Shown: piece after piece, positions 1 to 10,008 of the stretch | Position numbering within the stretch: position 1 is the stretch's first letter | Layout: every line of letters starts with the position of its first letter | Assembly (NCBI GenBank): GCA_963851265.1 | Contig: CAWKNZ010000002.1 | Coordinates: forward strand, 1,120,001-1,184,000 | Reading direction: 5' to 3' | Length of the DNA stretch: 64,000 nt | DNA from: an uncultured Gemmatimonadales bacterium | GTDB taxonomy: Bacteria; Gemmatimonadota; Gemmatimonadetes; Gemmatimonadales; Gemmatimonadaceae | Notes under the pieces: generated by a model | The model's database searches: none | Told to the model about the DNA's origin: nothing | Seen by the model: only the letters and a program-made list of their open reading frames with translations | Program-made: the position numbers and the translations under genes

Positions 1-1
1 C

Positions 2-916
2 GTCGAAGCCGGAGTGGACCGGCGTGAGCACCATCCGCTCGAATCCGACGGTCACCGTCGTGTCCGCCGACGGGCGGAGCGTGACGACGGCACCGCTCAA
101 CGCGCGGCCACTCGGCGAGCCGGCCGGCTGGCGAAAATAGAGCGACGGCGTGAGCGACCCGATGATGGCGCGCCCCTCGACATCCCCGATCCGCGTTCGT
201 AGCGGACGGGCCGTCTGGACGAACGCGTGCATCATTCCTTCGGCCGAGTTGCCGAGCAGGAGCGCGTTCCGAACGCCGGGGCCCCACCACTGATTCTCGC
301 TCGACACGCCGGCGACGAGCGGGCCCGCGTCGACGCTGACGCGGCTCTGTCCCCAGCCGAGCGTCGCGTAGGGCAGGTCGCCGAACCGCAGCGGAAGGTC
401 GGCCGAGTATGCGCCGGTGTACCACGGCGCCGCGTATGGACCCGTCGTCGAAGTCTGTCCGGTCAGTCCGGACGCCACCGTCTGAAATCCGCGGTTTTGC
501 GCGTACGTGAACTCCGGGTCGAAGACCAGGGTCACGCGCGACGCGCGAAGCGCGATTCCCGCGCGCACGAGCGTGCTCACGCCGCGGCCTGCCCAGAGCG
601 CCCCATCGTTCGCCGGCGTCGCGATCGCGGAATTGGTGCTCACGAGCGCCTCGGGCGCGATGAACCAGACGGCGTACGACGTGCCGACGCCGAGGCGTAA
701 CGGCACGAGCGGCGTCGGCGTGCGCAGGAGGTAACCCGCCGCGGCGGAATCGCCGCTCAACTGTCGGACCCGAGCGCGTTCGTCCGACGGACTACCGACC
801 GTCGCGAGCGCGGTGGCGTTCACGCCGACGAACGGCGCCGACGCGGGCGCTTGCGCGGCCGCGCGCGCGAATGGGACGAATGGGACGAGCGCCGACGCGA
901 GGCCGCCTGCGCGCAC
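2..916 (-). CDS. Capsule-assembly Wzi-like outer-membrane protein, 3' end beyond the window
   Basis: Not in the ORF track (no stop inside the window); translated by hand. GTG at 916 (alternative 976), signal-peptide-like MRAGGLASALVPFVPFARAAAQ, motifs NDGALWAGRG and ENQWWGPGVRNALLLGNSAEG that parallel the neighbouring + strand gene. Confidence 0.7.
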   Translation of the reverse strand, partial: MRAGGLASALVPFVPFARAAAQAPASAPFVGVNATALATVGSPSDERARVRQLSGDSAAAGYLLRTPTPLVPLRLGVGTSYAVWFIAPEALVSTNSAIATPANDGALWAGRGVSTLVRAGIALRASRVTLVFDPEFTYAQNRGFQTVASGLTGQTSTTGPYAAPWYTGAYSADLPLRFGDLPYATLGWGQSRVSVDAGPLVAGVSSENQWWGPGVRNALLLGNSAEGMMHAFVQTARPLRTRIGDVEGRAIIGSLTPSLYFRQPAGSPSGRALSGAVVTLRPSADTTVTVGFERMVLTPVHSGFD

Positions 917-991
917 GAAAGGGCGGGTAGATTGACGGCGGGCCGGCCGCGTCCGCGAGCAGAACGGTCCGTTCACGATATCGGGACAGGG

Positions 992-2641
992 ATGAACTTC
1001 TTGCTGGGCGTTCGCCGGTGCGCGCGGATCGCGGCGTGCGCCGGTGGCGCGCTGACCGTGACCGCGCTCGACGTGCAGCGCGGCGTTGCGCAGGGTACGA
1101 CCGTGGTCATGGGCGGCCGACCAGCAGACTGGTCCGACGCCGCGGTGGCGAGCGAAGAAGAAAACTACCTGCGCGTGCTGCAGGTGGCTGGCCTCGCGAA
1201 GTCCCGCCCCTGGTCGTTGCGTCCGTTCGGCCCAGGCGAGGTGCGCGACCTGCTGCCGGCGGGCACGAAGCACCCGTGGTCGCGCCGGTTCGCCGCCGAC
1301 TCCGTGCCGAGCGGTGCATTCCGGGTCCGCTCCGTCGGATTCGACGCCGGTCTGGCGGTGAACACGGGGTTTCCGTTGAGCATGAACGACGGTGCGATCT
1401 GGACGGGTCGAGGCCCGACCGTGTACGCACGCGGCGGATACGTCCTCGAATGGCGCGCCGTGCGCGGGATCACGTTCAGCGCGCGCATCGAGCCCACGGC
1501 GTTCTGGGCGTCGAACCTCAGCGCGTCGATCGCGCCCAACGGGCAGACGGGGCCGCGTCGCTTCGGCGACGCGCTCGAGCCGTTCTACATCGACAACCCG
1601 CAGCGCTTCGGAAGCACCGCCTATGCGCGGCTCGATCCCGGGCAGAGCGACGTGCGTCTCGACGTCTTCGTCCTGACGGCGGGAATCTCGACGGCAAACG
1701 CGTGGTGGGGGCCGACGATCACCGATCCGCAGATCCTCGGCAGCAACGCGGCGGGGTTCCCGCACGCGTTCATCGGCACCAGCCACCCCGTGAACCTCGG
1801 GTTCGGGACCATTCACGCGCAACTGATCGCGGGGAAGTTGTCGCAGTCCGCGTATTCGCCGATGCCGGCCGATTCGGCGGACCGAACGGCGACCGGCGGC
1901 GTGGTCGTGTTCTCGCCTGCGGGTGCTGCCGGTCTCGAGCTCGGCGCGACTCGCTTCATCCACACGCCTTGGTCGGGAACGTCGCACGCGCTCTCACGCA
2001 TCACCGCGGGGATCGCGTCCGGTGTTCACGCGAGCGATCAGACCAACTCGCAAAACCAACTCGCGAGCGTCTTCGGGCGGTGGGTGTTCGCGCCGGCGCG
2101 CTTCGAGGTGTGGGGCGAATACATGCGGAACGACGCGGTCGCGAATTCGCGCGACCTCGCGGTCGAGCCGGACCACGACGTGGGGTTCACGGTGGGCGCG
2201 CGACGCGTCTGGACGCGCGCCGACGGCGGGCTCGGCGCGCTCCGCGTCGAGTGGCTGAACGACGCCATCACGCACCTCGACCGCGTACGTGATCAGGTCC
2301 GTCCCTACCAGCACACGCAACTGCGTCAGGGCCACACCGAACTCGGGCAGGTCCTCGGCTCCGAAGGCGGGCAGGGCGGTTCGAGCGTGACTCTCGGCTA
2401 CGATCGCTACGCGCGCGACGGCCGCTGGACCTTTGAGGCCGCCAGACGCGTGGTGCAGTCGTCGCTGGTGGAGGCCGCGCCCGTCTCGTCGTACGACGTG
2501 CTCCTCTGGCTCCGCGCCGAGCGGCTGCGGTTTGGGAAGCGACACGACCTGTTCTACGGTGCCGCCGTCGCGCCCGAGCTCAACCGAAACTTCGGGTCGG
2601 ACGCCTTCAACCTGCGCCTCGACGCCGGCTACCGCTTCTAA
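992..2641 (+). CDS. Capsule-assembly Wzi-like outer-membrane beta-barrel protein
   Basis: ORF 851..2641, ATG at 992 preferred; signal peptide, NDGAIWTGRG, NAWWGP...GSNAAGFPH, C-terminal beta-signal ending ...AGYRF. Confidence 0.7.
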   Translation: MNFLLGVRRCARIAACAGGALTVTALDVQRGVAQGTTVVMGGRPADWSDAAVASEEENYLRVLQVAGLAKSRPWSLRPFGPGEVRDLLPAGTKHPWSRRFAADSVPSGAFRVRSVGFDAGLAVNTGFPLSMNDGAIWTGRGPTVYARGGYVLEWRAVRGITFSARIEPTAFWASNLSASIAPNGQTGPRRFGDALEPFYIDNPQRFGSTAYARLDPGQSDVRLDVFVLTAGISTANAWWGPTITDPQILGSNAAGFPHAFIGTSHPVNLGFGTIHAQLIAGKLSQSAYSPMPADSADRTATGGVVVFSPAGAAGLELGATRFIHTPWSGTSHALSRITAGIASGVHASDQTNSQNQLASVFGRWVFAPARFEVWGEYMRNDAVANSRDLAVEPDHDVGFTVGARRVWTRADGGLGALRVEWLNDAITHLDRVRDQVRPYQHTQLRQGHTELGQVLGSEGGQGGSSVTLGYDRYARDGRWTFEAARRVVQSSLVEAAPVSSYDVLLWLRAERLRFGKRHDLFYGAAVAPELNRNFGSDAFNLRLDAGYRF

Positions 2642-2668
2642 GCGCGGACGGAGGGGCGGACTGCGCGA

Positions 2669-2700
2669 CGGGGTCACGGCGCGCCTGCGCCGTGACCCCG
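2669..2700. terminator. Hairpin between the convergent Wzi-like gene and tRNA-Val, probable terminator
   Basis: cggggtcacggcgc / gcgccgtgaccccg inverted repeat; no clear U-tract. Confidence 0.5.
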
Positions 2701-2714
2701 TCGGATAATCAGAG

Positions 2715-2788
2715 TGGACGCGCAGGGACTCGAACCCCGGACCTCTGCTGTGTGAAAGCAGCGCTCTAACCAGCTGAGCTACGCGTCC
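2715..2788 (-). tRNA. tRNA-Val(CAC)
   Basis: Reverse complement GGACGCGTAGCTCAGCTGGTTAGAGCG-CTGCT-TTCACAC-AGCAG-AGGTCCGGGGTTCGAGTCCCTGCGCGTCCA; CCA not encoded. Confidence 0.96.
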
Positions 2789-2856
2789 TCGCGCCGCCGT
2801 GTGGCGGCTCGTGGATCCTAACCAACACCGATCCGGCGCGGAAGTCCGACGGCTGA

Positions 2857-2929
2857 TGGGCCCTGTGGGATTTGAACCCACGACCGAGCGATTATGAGTC
2901 GCCTGCTCTAACCGCTGAGCTAAGGACCC
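2857..2929 (-). tRNA. tRNA-Ile2 (CAT anticodon, lysidine type)
   Basis: Reverse complement GGGTCCTTAGCTCAGCGGTTAGAGCAGGCGACTCATAATCGCTCGGTCGTGGGTTCAAATCCCACAGGGCCCA; the body resembles E. coli ileX rather than tRNA-Met. Confidence 0.9.
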
Positions 2930-3274
2930 GGCGACGGCGGCGGCCACGAGCCCCCACCGAACGCGGAGGAAGATAACGCCGACCGTCCGTCAACGCGGAT
3001 CGGCGGTAAGGGGCCGATTAGAATCCGGGGTTACACGGAGCGTGGGGACCGGGCGTTGCGCCGTACTGGGCGCAACAGCACGGCCAATAGACGTGAACGA
3101 GCGGCGGCATCGGTGAAACCGGCCGCGCGACAGGGAGGTTGCGTCAGGGATGGGATACAGGGATCAGCACGGTGAGCGGTGCCCGAGGGCGGCGATCGCA
3201 GAGGCGAGGGCCGCGCTGCGTACCCGATCGCGGGTCGACCGGCGGGAAATCGGCGGCAGAGGCGCTGCCCTGCG

Positions 3275-3889
3275 ATGAGCACGCGCTCGCCCGAGTCGGT
3301 CGTCGTGGCGCCGCACCCGGACGGCGCCCGCGGATTCGCGAGCGCGACGGACCTCCCCGGAGTGGTTCTATTCTCTCCCCCGGTCTACCGCGATCCGCGC
3401 GGGTTTTTCCGCGAGGTGTGGCGTGCCGACCGGTACACGGCCGCGGGAATCCGCGAAGCGTTCGTGCAGGACAACGTGTCGTACTCGCAGCGCGGCGTGT
3501 TGCGCGGGCTCCACTTCCAGGAGCCGGAGGGCCAGGGCAAGCTCGTCAGCGCCCTCATGGGTGCGGTGTGCGACGTCGTCGTCGACGTGCGCCTGGGATC
3601 ACCGACGTTCGGCCGCTCGGAATGCTTCGAGTTGTCCGAGCAGAACGGACGTCAGCTGTATGTCCCGCCCGGGTTCGCTCACGGTTTCGTCGTGCTCTCC
3701 GAGGTCGCGCTCTTCGCGTACAAGTGCACGGCGTACTACTCACCGGCGCATGAGCGCGTGGTGATGTGGAACGACCCCGAGCTGCGCATCGACTGGCCGG
3801 CCGACCTCGAATTCACCGTCTCGCCTCGTGACGCGGCCGGGCGGCCGCTGCGCGAGTTCGCGCCGGACGAGCTCCCGCGCTGGCGTTGA
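3275..3889 (+). CDS. rfbC: dTDP-4-dehydrorhamnose 3,5-epimerase
   Basis: DPRGFFRE, FVQDNVSYS, GVLRGLHFQ, PPGFAHGF motifs; ATG at 3275. Confidence 0.95.
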   Translation: MSTRSPESVVVAPHPDGARGFASATDLPGVVLFSPPVYRDPRGFFREVWRADRYTAAGIREAFVQDNVSYSQRGVLRGLHFQEPEGQGKLVSALMGAVCDVVVDVRLGSPTFGRSECFELSEQNGRQLYVPPGFAHGFVVLSEVALFAYKCTAYYSPAHERVVMWNDPELRIDWPADLEFTVSPRDAAGRPLREFAPDELPRWR

Positions 3890-4884
3890 TCGCGCGTTCC
3901 GCGGGCGACGTGAGCATCGGGGAGCAGTCGCCTGTGGCGTCCTCACGTCCGCCGATCGTCGTGGTCGGAGCCGGCGGTCAGGTCGGGTGGGAGTTGGTGC
4001 GCGCGTTCGCCCCGCTCGGACCCGTCATGGCGCTCGACCGCGCCCGACTCGACCTAACCGACCTCGATGCGGTCTCGGCGTGCATCCGGCAGATCGCGCC
4101 GCGCGCCGTGGTCAACGCGGCCGCGTACACCGACGTGGACGGCGCCGAGCGAGAGCCCGCGCTCGCCCGGCGCATCAATGCGGAGGCGCCGGGCGCGCTG
4201 GCCGCCGCGACGGCGGCTCTCGGCGTGCCGCTCGTGCACTACTCGACCGACTACGTCTTCGACGGAACGGCTGTCACGCCGTATCGCGAGAACTCGCCGA
4301 CCGCGCCCCTGGGCGTCTACGGCCGGACGAAGGTCGACGGAGAGACTGCGATCGCCGCCGCGGACGGGCCCCATCTCATCATCCGCACGAGTTGGGTCTA
4401 TGGCGCACGTGGGCGCAATTTCCTGCGCACGATGCTGCGCCTCGCGCACACGCGCCCTGCGCTGCGCGTGGTCGCGGACCAGCGCGGCGCGCCGACGTGG
4501 AGCCGGGCGATCGCGGAGGCAACGGCGTGCATGCTCGCGCGGCTCGCGCAGCCCGACGGGCGGTTCGTGCTCGACGGCGACCGCGCGGGCGTGTACCACG
4601 TGACCGCGGCCGGGGAGACGACGTGGCACGAATTCGCCCGCGCCATCCTCGCGGCGGATCCGGCGCGCGACGCCCAGAGCTGTCGGGAGTTGGAGCCGGT
4701 CACGTCTGCGGAATACGGCAGCCCGGTCGCGCGCCCCGCGTATTCGGTGCTCGCGTGTGACCGCGCGCGCGAGGTATTCGGCGTTCAGCTTCCCACGTGG
4801 GACGAGCAGCTCGCGCTCGTCATGGCCGAGGTCGCGGAGCGGGCGAGCGGGGCCGGGGCCGCGACCGCCGGCTCGCCGCGTTAG
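3886..4884 (+). CDS. rfbD: dTDP-4-dehydrorhamnose reductase
   Basis: GAGGQVG, NAAAYTDVD, STDYVFDG, YGRTK, RPAYS; start uncertain. Confidence 0.95.
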   Translation: MIARSAGDVSIGEQSPVASSRPPIVVVGAGGQVGWELVRAFAPLGPVMALDRARLDLTDLDAVSACIRQIAPRAVVNAAAYTDVDGAEREPALARRINAEAPGALAAATAALGVPLVHYSTDYVFDGTAVTPYRENSPTAPLGVYGRTKVDGETAIAAADGPHLIIRTSWVYGARGRNFLRTMLRLAHTRPALRVVADQRGAPTWSRAIAEATACMLARLAQPDGRFVLDGDRAGVYHVTAAGETTWHEFARAILAADPARDAQSCRELEPVTSAEYGSPVARPAYSVLACDRAREVFGVQLPTWDEQLALVMAEVAERASGAGAATAGSPR

Positions 4885-6044
4885 GCTCCGCCGGCGCGCT
4901 CCGCCGGCGGGTGTTCCTCGAGCAGCATGTCGTACGCGCTCACGACCTCGTCGGGCGCGACCGATTGCGCGCCGAGCTTTCCGACTTCGACGCCCGCCGC
5001 GAAGTTGGCGATCACCGCCGCCTCGCGCGGGGTCGCGCCTGCGCCGAGCATCACCGCGAGGTACGCCGTCACGGTGTCGCCCGCGCCGACCACGTCGTAC
5101 ACGTCGCGCGCCGCGGTCGGGATCCGAAATGGGACGGCGTCGCCGGTGAGCAGCGCCATCCCGCGCTCGCCCAGGGTGAGGAGGAGCTGGTCGACGCCGA
5201 GCCGGGCGAGGGTCGCGGGGAGGGCCTGCGGGTCGTCGAGGTCGACGGCGGCGCCGAGCGCGGCTTCGAGTTCGCGCCGATTCGGCTTGAAGACGGTCGC
5301 GCCGCGGTACTGAAAGAAGTTGCGGTACTTCGGGTCGACGACGATCGGGATGCCGCGACCGCGGGCGACGGCGATCGCGTGCGTGATGACCGCCGGCACG
5401 AGCACGCCCTTGTTGTAGTCCTCGAGCACGAGCGCGGTCGCGCCCTCGAGCGCCGCGGATACGGCGCCGAGGACGCGCGCCTCGTCGTTGGCCGCGAGAT
5501 CGGCGTCGTCTTCCTCGTCGAACCGGACGACCTGCTGCGCGCGCGCGAGGACCCGCGTCTTCGTGGTCGTCGGGCGGTCGAGCGTGACGAGGGCGGTCGG
5601 GTCCGCGCCGATCGCGACGAGCATCTCGCGGAGCCGGCCGCCGGCGAGGTCTGCGCCGACGGTGGCGACGAGCGCGCACCCCGCGCCGAGCGCGGCAACG
5701 TTCTGGGCGACGTTGGCCGCCCCGCCGAGCGCGTCGCGCCGTTCCCGGACGCGTACCACGGGGACCGGCGCCTCGGGCGAGATGCGTTCGACGTCGCCGC
5801 GATAGTAGACGTCGAGCATCGCGTCGCCGACCACCACGACGCGCTGCGCGGGCGCGTGGGCGAGCAGTTCGAGCAGGCGCGCGCGGGGCAGGGCGGCGAG
5901 TGCCACGTCGTGCGCCGGGCTGTGTGCCGGGGGCGCGAATTCGGTGCCGGTGGCGGGGACCGCCGGCGCGTGCGCCGGCGGCGATGACGCTCCTGCCGTC
6001 TGCGGCGCGGGCTCGGTCGTGGCGGTGACGGGGACGGTGGTCAC
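4881..6044 (-). CDS. rfaE1: D-glycero-D-manno-heptose-7-phosphate kinase (stand-alone HldE/RfaE domain I, PfkB family)
   Basis: VGDAMLD, RISPEAPVPV, LGGAANVA, DYNKG, DVVGAGDT; start estimated at GTG 6044. Confidence 0.9.
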   Translation of the reverse strand: MTTVPVTATTEPAPQTAGASSPPAHAPAVPATGTEFAPPAHSPAHDVALAALPRARLLELLAHAPAQRVVVVGDAMLDVYYRGDVERISPEAPVPVVRVRERRDALGGAANVAQNVAALGAGCALVATVGADLAGGRLREMLVAIGADPTALVTLDRPTTTKTRVLARAQQVVRFDEEDDADLAANDEARVLGAVSAALEGATALVLEDYNKGVLVPAVITHAIAVARGRGIPIVVDPKYRNFFQYRGATVFKPNRRELEAALGAAVDLDDPQALPATLARLGVDQLLLTLGERGMALLTGDAVPFRIPTAARDVYDVVGAGDTVTAYLAVMLGAGATPREAAVIANFAAGVEVGKLGAQSVAPDEVVSAYDMLLEEHPPAERAGGA

Positions 6045-6166
6045 GCGCGATACGGTAACCCGGCGGGGTGCGCGGGGCAACGCGCGGTCGCGCCCGGCAC
6101 GACGATTGCCCACCAGCGGGACGCACGTGGGGGCGCGTCCGACCCGCGCCCCGCCCCGACGCCACC

Positions 6167-6979
6167 GTGCCCGCACTCACCACGCGCCTCAGCGCGTTCG
6201 CTCTGGACACCGCCCAGGGCGCGCAGAATTATTCTCAGCTCGCGTGGAAGTCCGCGCGCTTCGTCTTCGCGCGCCCGTTCTACACGGCCGACCTGTTCCA
6301 GCAGATGGACGCGATGGGCGTCCAGTCGCTCGGGATCGTGTTGCTCACCGGGTTCTTCACCGGGATGGTCCTCGCGCTGCAGTCGTCGGTGCAGCTGAAG
6401 ACGTTCGGCGCCACGCAGTACATCGGCTCGCTCGTGTCGGCGTCGATGATCCGCGAACTCGGGCCCGTGCTCGCCGGGCTGATGGTCGCCGGGCGCGTCG
6501 GGTCCGGCGTCGCCGCACAGATCGGCTCGATGAAGGTGACCGAGCAGATCGACGCGCTCAACACGCTCGGCACCGATCCGATCAAGAAGCTGGTGACCCC
6601 GCGCGTACTCGCGGCGGTCGTGATGCTTCCGTTGCTGACCGTGATCAACGACCTGGTCGGCATTCTGGGCGGCAACCTGATCGCGAAGATCTACGTCGGG
6701 CTGCCGACGTCGTTCTACTGGCAGACCGTGTGGCAGCAGATCGCGCAGGGTGGATTTTCGTTCGGCGTCATCCCGAACGATTTCATCCAGGGGCTCGTGA
6801 AGCCGATCGTGTTCGGCGCGATCATCGCCGTCACCGCGTGCTACTACGGGCTCGGCACGTCCGGCGGGACCGAGGGCGTCGGCGTCGCGACGACGCGGAC
6901 CGTCGTTGCGGCGAGCATCTCGATCCTCGTGGTCGACTACTTCCTGACGCAGGTCCTGCTCGCGGTGTTTGCGGTATGA
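6167..6979 (+). CDS. mlaE: MlaE family ABC transporter permease
   Basis: IRELGPVLAGLMVAGRVGS, MKVTEQIDAL, GVGVATT. Confidence 0.93.
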   Translation: MPALTTRLSAFALDTAQGAQNYSQLAWKSARFVFARPFYTADLFQQMDAMGVQSLGIVLLTGFFTGMVLALQSSVQLKTFGATQYIGSLVSASMIRELGPVLAGLMVAGRVGSGVAAQIGSMKVTEQIDALNTLGTDPIKKLVTPRVLAAVVMLPLLTVINDLVGILGGNLIAKIYVGLPTSFYWQTVWQQIAQGGFSFGVIPNDFIQGLVKPIVFGAIIAVTACYYGLGTSGGTEGVGVATTRTVVAASISILVVDYFLTQVLLAVFAV

Positions 6980-7004
6980 CTGCGCGGCACGGGGAGCGTC
7001 CGCG

Positions 7005-7895
7005 ATGAGCGAGACGGACGATCGCCGGGCGGCCGCGCCCGACGCGACGCGGCCAGAGCCGGACGAGCGCCGCGTGCGCGCCGCGATCCGCCGCGCGCTT
7101 GCCGACGACGTGGAACCCGGCGGCGAACGCCCCGACGCCGCCGACCCGGGACCCGCGGAGGGCGCGGTGATCGAACTCGAGCACGTGCACCTCGGGTTCG
7201 ACGGGCGGACGATCCTCGAGGACGTATCGTTCCTCGCGATGAAGGGCGAGACGATCGTCGTAGTCGGCGAGTCCGGCACGGGCAAGTCGACGACGCTCAA
7301 GCTCATCCTCCGGCTCCTCGTCCCCGACCGCGGCTGCGTCTACATCAACGGGCGCGAGATCGGCGGGCTGTCGTTCGAAGAAGCGTTGGACATCCGCCAG
7401 CGGATGGGCATGGTGTTCCAGGGCGCCGCGCTGTTCGACTCGATGACGGTGTACGAAAACGTTGCGTACCCGCTCCGCGAGCACACGGACTACGACGAGG
7501 ACGAGATCGAGCGGCGCGTTCGCGAGAAGCTCGCCTTCGTCGACCTCGACCCGGAGGTCGTGATGCCGCTGCTCCCGTCCTCCCTTTCTGGCGGAATGCG
7601 CAAGCGCGTGGGCATCGCCCGCGCGATGGCGAACGACCCGCACGTGATGCTCTACGACGAGCCGACCTCGGGGCTCGATCCGCTGACGACGGGGACGATC
7701 ACGCGCCTCATCCTCAAGCTGCAGCGCGAGCTCGGCGTGACGAGCGTCGTCGTGTCGCACGACATCCGCTCGGTGTTCCGCATGGCGAGCTACGTCGCGC
7801 TCTTGGCGGACAAGCGGATCCGGTTCTTCGGCACGCCCGAGGAGATGGCCGCGAGCGACGACCGCTACATCCAGGACTTCCTCGGCGGGTTATAG
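7005..7895 (+). CDS. mlaF: MlaF family ABC transporter ATPase
   Basis: GESGTGKS, LSGGMRKRV, YDEPTSGLDP. Confidence 0.93.
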   Translation: MSETDDRRAAAPDATRPEPDERRVRAAIRRALADDVEPGGERPDAADPGPAEGAVIELEHVHLGFDGRTILEDVSFLAMKGETIVVVGESGTGKSTTLKLILRLLVPDRGCVYINGREIGGLSFEEALDIRQRMGMVFQGAALFDSMTVYENVAYPLREHTDYDEDEIERRVREKLAFVDLDPEVVMPLLPSSLSGGMRKRVGIARAMANDPHVMLYDEPTSGLDPLTTGTITRLILKLQRELGVTSVVVSHDIRSVFRMASYVALLADKRIRFFGTPEEMAASDDRYIQDFLGGL

Positions 7896-7931
7896 CCCGC
7901 GGCCCTCCAGCGCCCTGCCACCGCCCCGCCC

Positions 7932-8909
7932 ATGCGCCGCAGCAATTTCGTCACCGTCGAACAGCTCCGGGTCGGCGCCGTCGTCGTCGCCGCACTCGCC
8001 ATCCTGCTCTTCGGCGGCTACCGACTGGGCCAGGCCGCGCACCTGTTCAGCAAGCGCTACCATCTGATCGCGTTCGTCCCGAACGCGAGCGGGCTGCGCG
8101 TCGGCGGCACCGTCAGCGTCGCGGGGCAGCTCGTCGGAACGGTCGAGGACATCAGCTTCCTCCCCCCGGACGCCGACACGACGCGCAATCTGAGGCTGAC
8201 CGTCAATATCGACGAGGACGTCCGGACCCAGATCCGCGGCGACTCGCGCGCGCGCCTTCGCACGCAGGGGCTGCTCGGCGACAAGGTGTTCGACATCAGC
8301 CCCGGCACGCCGCGCTTCGCGCCGCTGCGGCCCAACGACACGATCCCGATCGCGCCGTCACTCGACTACGACGAGATCGTTCAGCAGGCGTCGGGCGCCG
8401 TGAGCGACGTGGTCGGCCTCACGCACGACCTGCGCAACGTCACCGGCGGCATCGCGCGCGGCGAGGGGACGGTGGGCCAACTCGTCACCAACCGTGCCCT
8501 GTACGACCAGCTCACGGGCACGCTCGACCGGACCAACCGGCTCATCGCCCGCATGCAGAACCCGAACGGGACCGTCGGCCGCCTGCTCGACGACCCGCAA
8601 CTCTACCGCAACCTGGTCCGCGTCACGTCGTCGGTCGACTCGCTCACCCGCGAAGTCGCGAGCTCGCAGGGCACCGTGGGCAAGCTGCTCCGCGACGACT
8701 CGCTCTACGTACGCCTCGTGGGAGTCGCCGGCGGCGCCGACTCGCTCGTGCACCTGCTGACGCGCGGCAACGGCCTCGCCGCCCGCGTGCTCACGGACCA
8801 GCAGTCGTACGACCAGTTGAACAAGACGCTCACCGAACTCAACGCGATTCTGGTCGACGTCCGGCGCAACCCGCAGAAGTACACGAAGGGGCTCATCAAG
8901 GTCTTCTGA
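7932..8909 (+). CDS. mlaD: MlaD/MCE family protein with helical C-terminal extension
   Basis: N-terminal TM helix, ASGLRVGG, TQGLLGDK, repeated GTVGxLL segments. Confidence 0.9.
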   Translation: MRRSNFVTVEQLRVGAVVVAALAILLFGGYRLGQAAHLFSKRYHLIAFVPNASGLRVGGTVSVAGQLVGTVEDISFLPPDADTTRNLRLTVNIDEDVRTQIRGDSRARLRTQGLLGDKVFDISPGTPRFAPLRPNDTIPIAPSLDYDEIVQQASGAVSDVVGLTHDLRNVTGGIARGEGTVGQLVTNRALYDQLTGTLDRTNRLIARMQNPNGTVGRLLDDPQLYRNLVRVTSSVDSLTREVASSQGTVGKLLRDDSLYVRLVGVAGGADSLVHLLTRGNGLAARVLTDQQSYDQLNKTLTELNAILVDVRRNPQKYTKGLIKVF

Positions 8910-8975
8910 CCTCCAACGCGGTCGTCCGCCACGCGCTCGTGCCGTCCGAGCCCTCCGGCGGTGTAGCTTGCGCGT

Positions 8976-9974
8976 ATGCGGACGCTCTCTCTCGACGTGG
9001 TCGCGACCCGGGGCGCGCTGGTCGAGTCGCGCCACGTCGTGCACGCGGCCGTGGTCCGCGTGGGCCGCGGCGGCGACGAACTCGTCGCGCGCGCCGGCGA
9101 TCCCGACGCGGTCAGCTTCTGGCGCTCCTGCGCCAAACCCTTCCAGGTGCTGCCGCTGCTGCGCGACGGCGGGTTCGACCGCGCGCGCTGGGGTGACGAC
9201 GAACTCGCGCTCGCGTGCGCGTCGCATGGCGGCGAGCCGGAGCACGTAGCGCTCGCGGCGAGCATGCTCCGCTCGCTCGGGCTCGAAGAGGGCGACCTCG
9301 CCTGCGGTCCGCAGGAGCCACTCTCCGCGCGCGGCGCCCGGCTCCTGCGCGAGAGCGGGCTGCGCCCCACGCGGCTGCACAACAACTGCTCGGGCAAGCA
9401 CGCGGCGATGCTCGCACGCGCCGCGGCCAAGGATTGGCCGGCGGCGGGATACGAGCGCGAGGATCATCCGGTGCAACGCGCCTGCACCGCCGAAGTCGCC
9501 CGCTGGTCGGGGCTTCGCGAACCCGAGATCGGGACGGCCGTGGACGGGTGCGGCGTGGTGGTCTACGCGCTCCCACTGGTCGCGATGGCCACGGCCTACG
9601 CCCGGCTGGCGGCAGCGGCGCACGCTGGCGAGGACGAGCCGGCCCGCGTGCTCCATGCCATGCGGACGCGCCCGTTCCTCGTCGGAGGCACCGACCGGTT
9701 TGACACGGTGATCTCCGAGGCGACGGACGGGCGCGTGGTCGCCAAGATCGGCGCCGAAGGCGTTCACTCGCTCGCCGTGATCGACGCCGGGATTGGCGTC
9801 GCGATCAAGGTCGCCGACGGCGCGACCCGCGCCCAATTTCCCGCCGTCGTCCGGCTGCTCCAACACCTCGGCGTACTCGACGACCCCGTCCCGCCGCCGC
9901 TGCAGGATTGGCTCGTCCGCCCGGTCCGCAACACCCGCGGCGCGGCCGTCGGCGACGTCCGCCCCGCGGCGTGA
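8976..9974 (+). CDS. L-asparaginase II (Rhizobium etli-type) family
   Basis: RSCAKPFQ, CASHGGE, HNNCSGKH, DGCG, KIGAEG. Confidence 0.88.
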   Translation: MRTLSLDVVATRGALVESRHVVHAAVVRVGRGGDELVARAGDPDAVSFWRSCAKPFQVLPLLRDGGFDRARWGDDELALACASHGGEPEHVALAASMLRSLGLEEGDLACGPQEPLSARGARLLRESGLRPTRLHNNCSGKHAAMLARAAAKDWPAAGYEREDHPVQRACTAEVARWSGLREPEIGTAVDGCGVVVYALPLVAMATAYARLAAAAHAGEDEPARVLHAMRTRPFLVGGTDRFDTVISEATDGRVVAKIGAEGVHSLAVIDAGIGVAIKVADGATRAQFPAVVRLLQHLGVLDDPVPPPLQDWLVRPVRNTRGAAVGDVRPAA

Positions 9975-10008
9975 CCCCGCGCGTCCGCACCACTTCGCCC
10001 CACTCGGC

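Noticed and set aside
869..888. 9-nt tandem duplication gaatgggac
   Set aside because: Two copies only; it encodes VPFVPF in the signal peptide.
2715..2929. tRNA pair as an integration site or island boundary
   Set aside because: No integrase and no duplicated tRNA 3' end in the window.
3002..3013. ggcggtaag resembling an ops/JUMPstart element upstream of rmlC
   Set aside because: Does not match GGCGGTAGnnTG and lacks the JUMPstart context.
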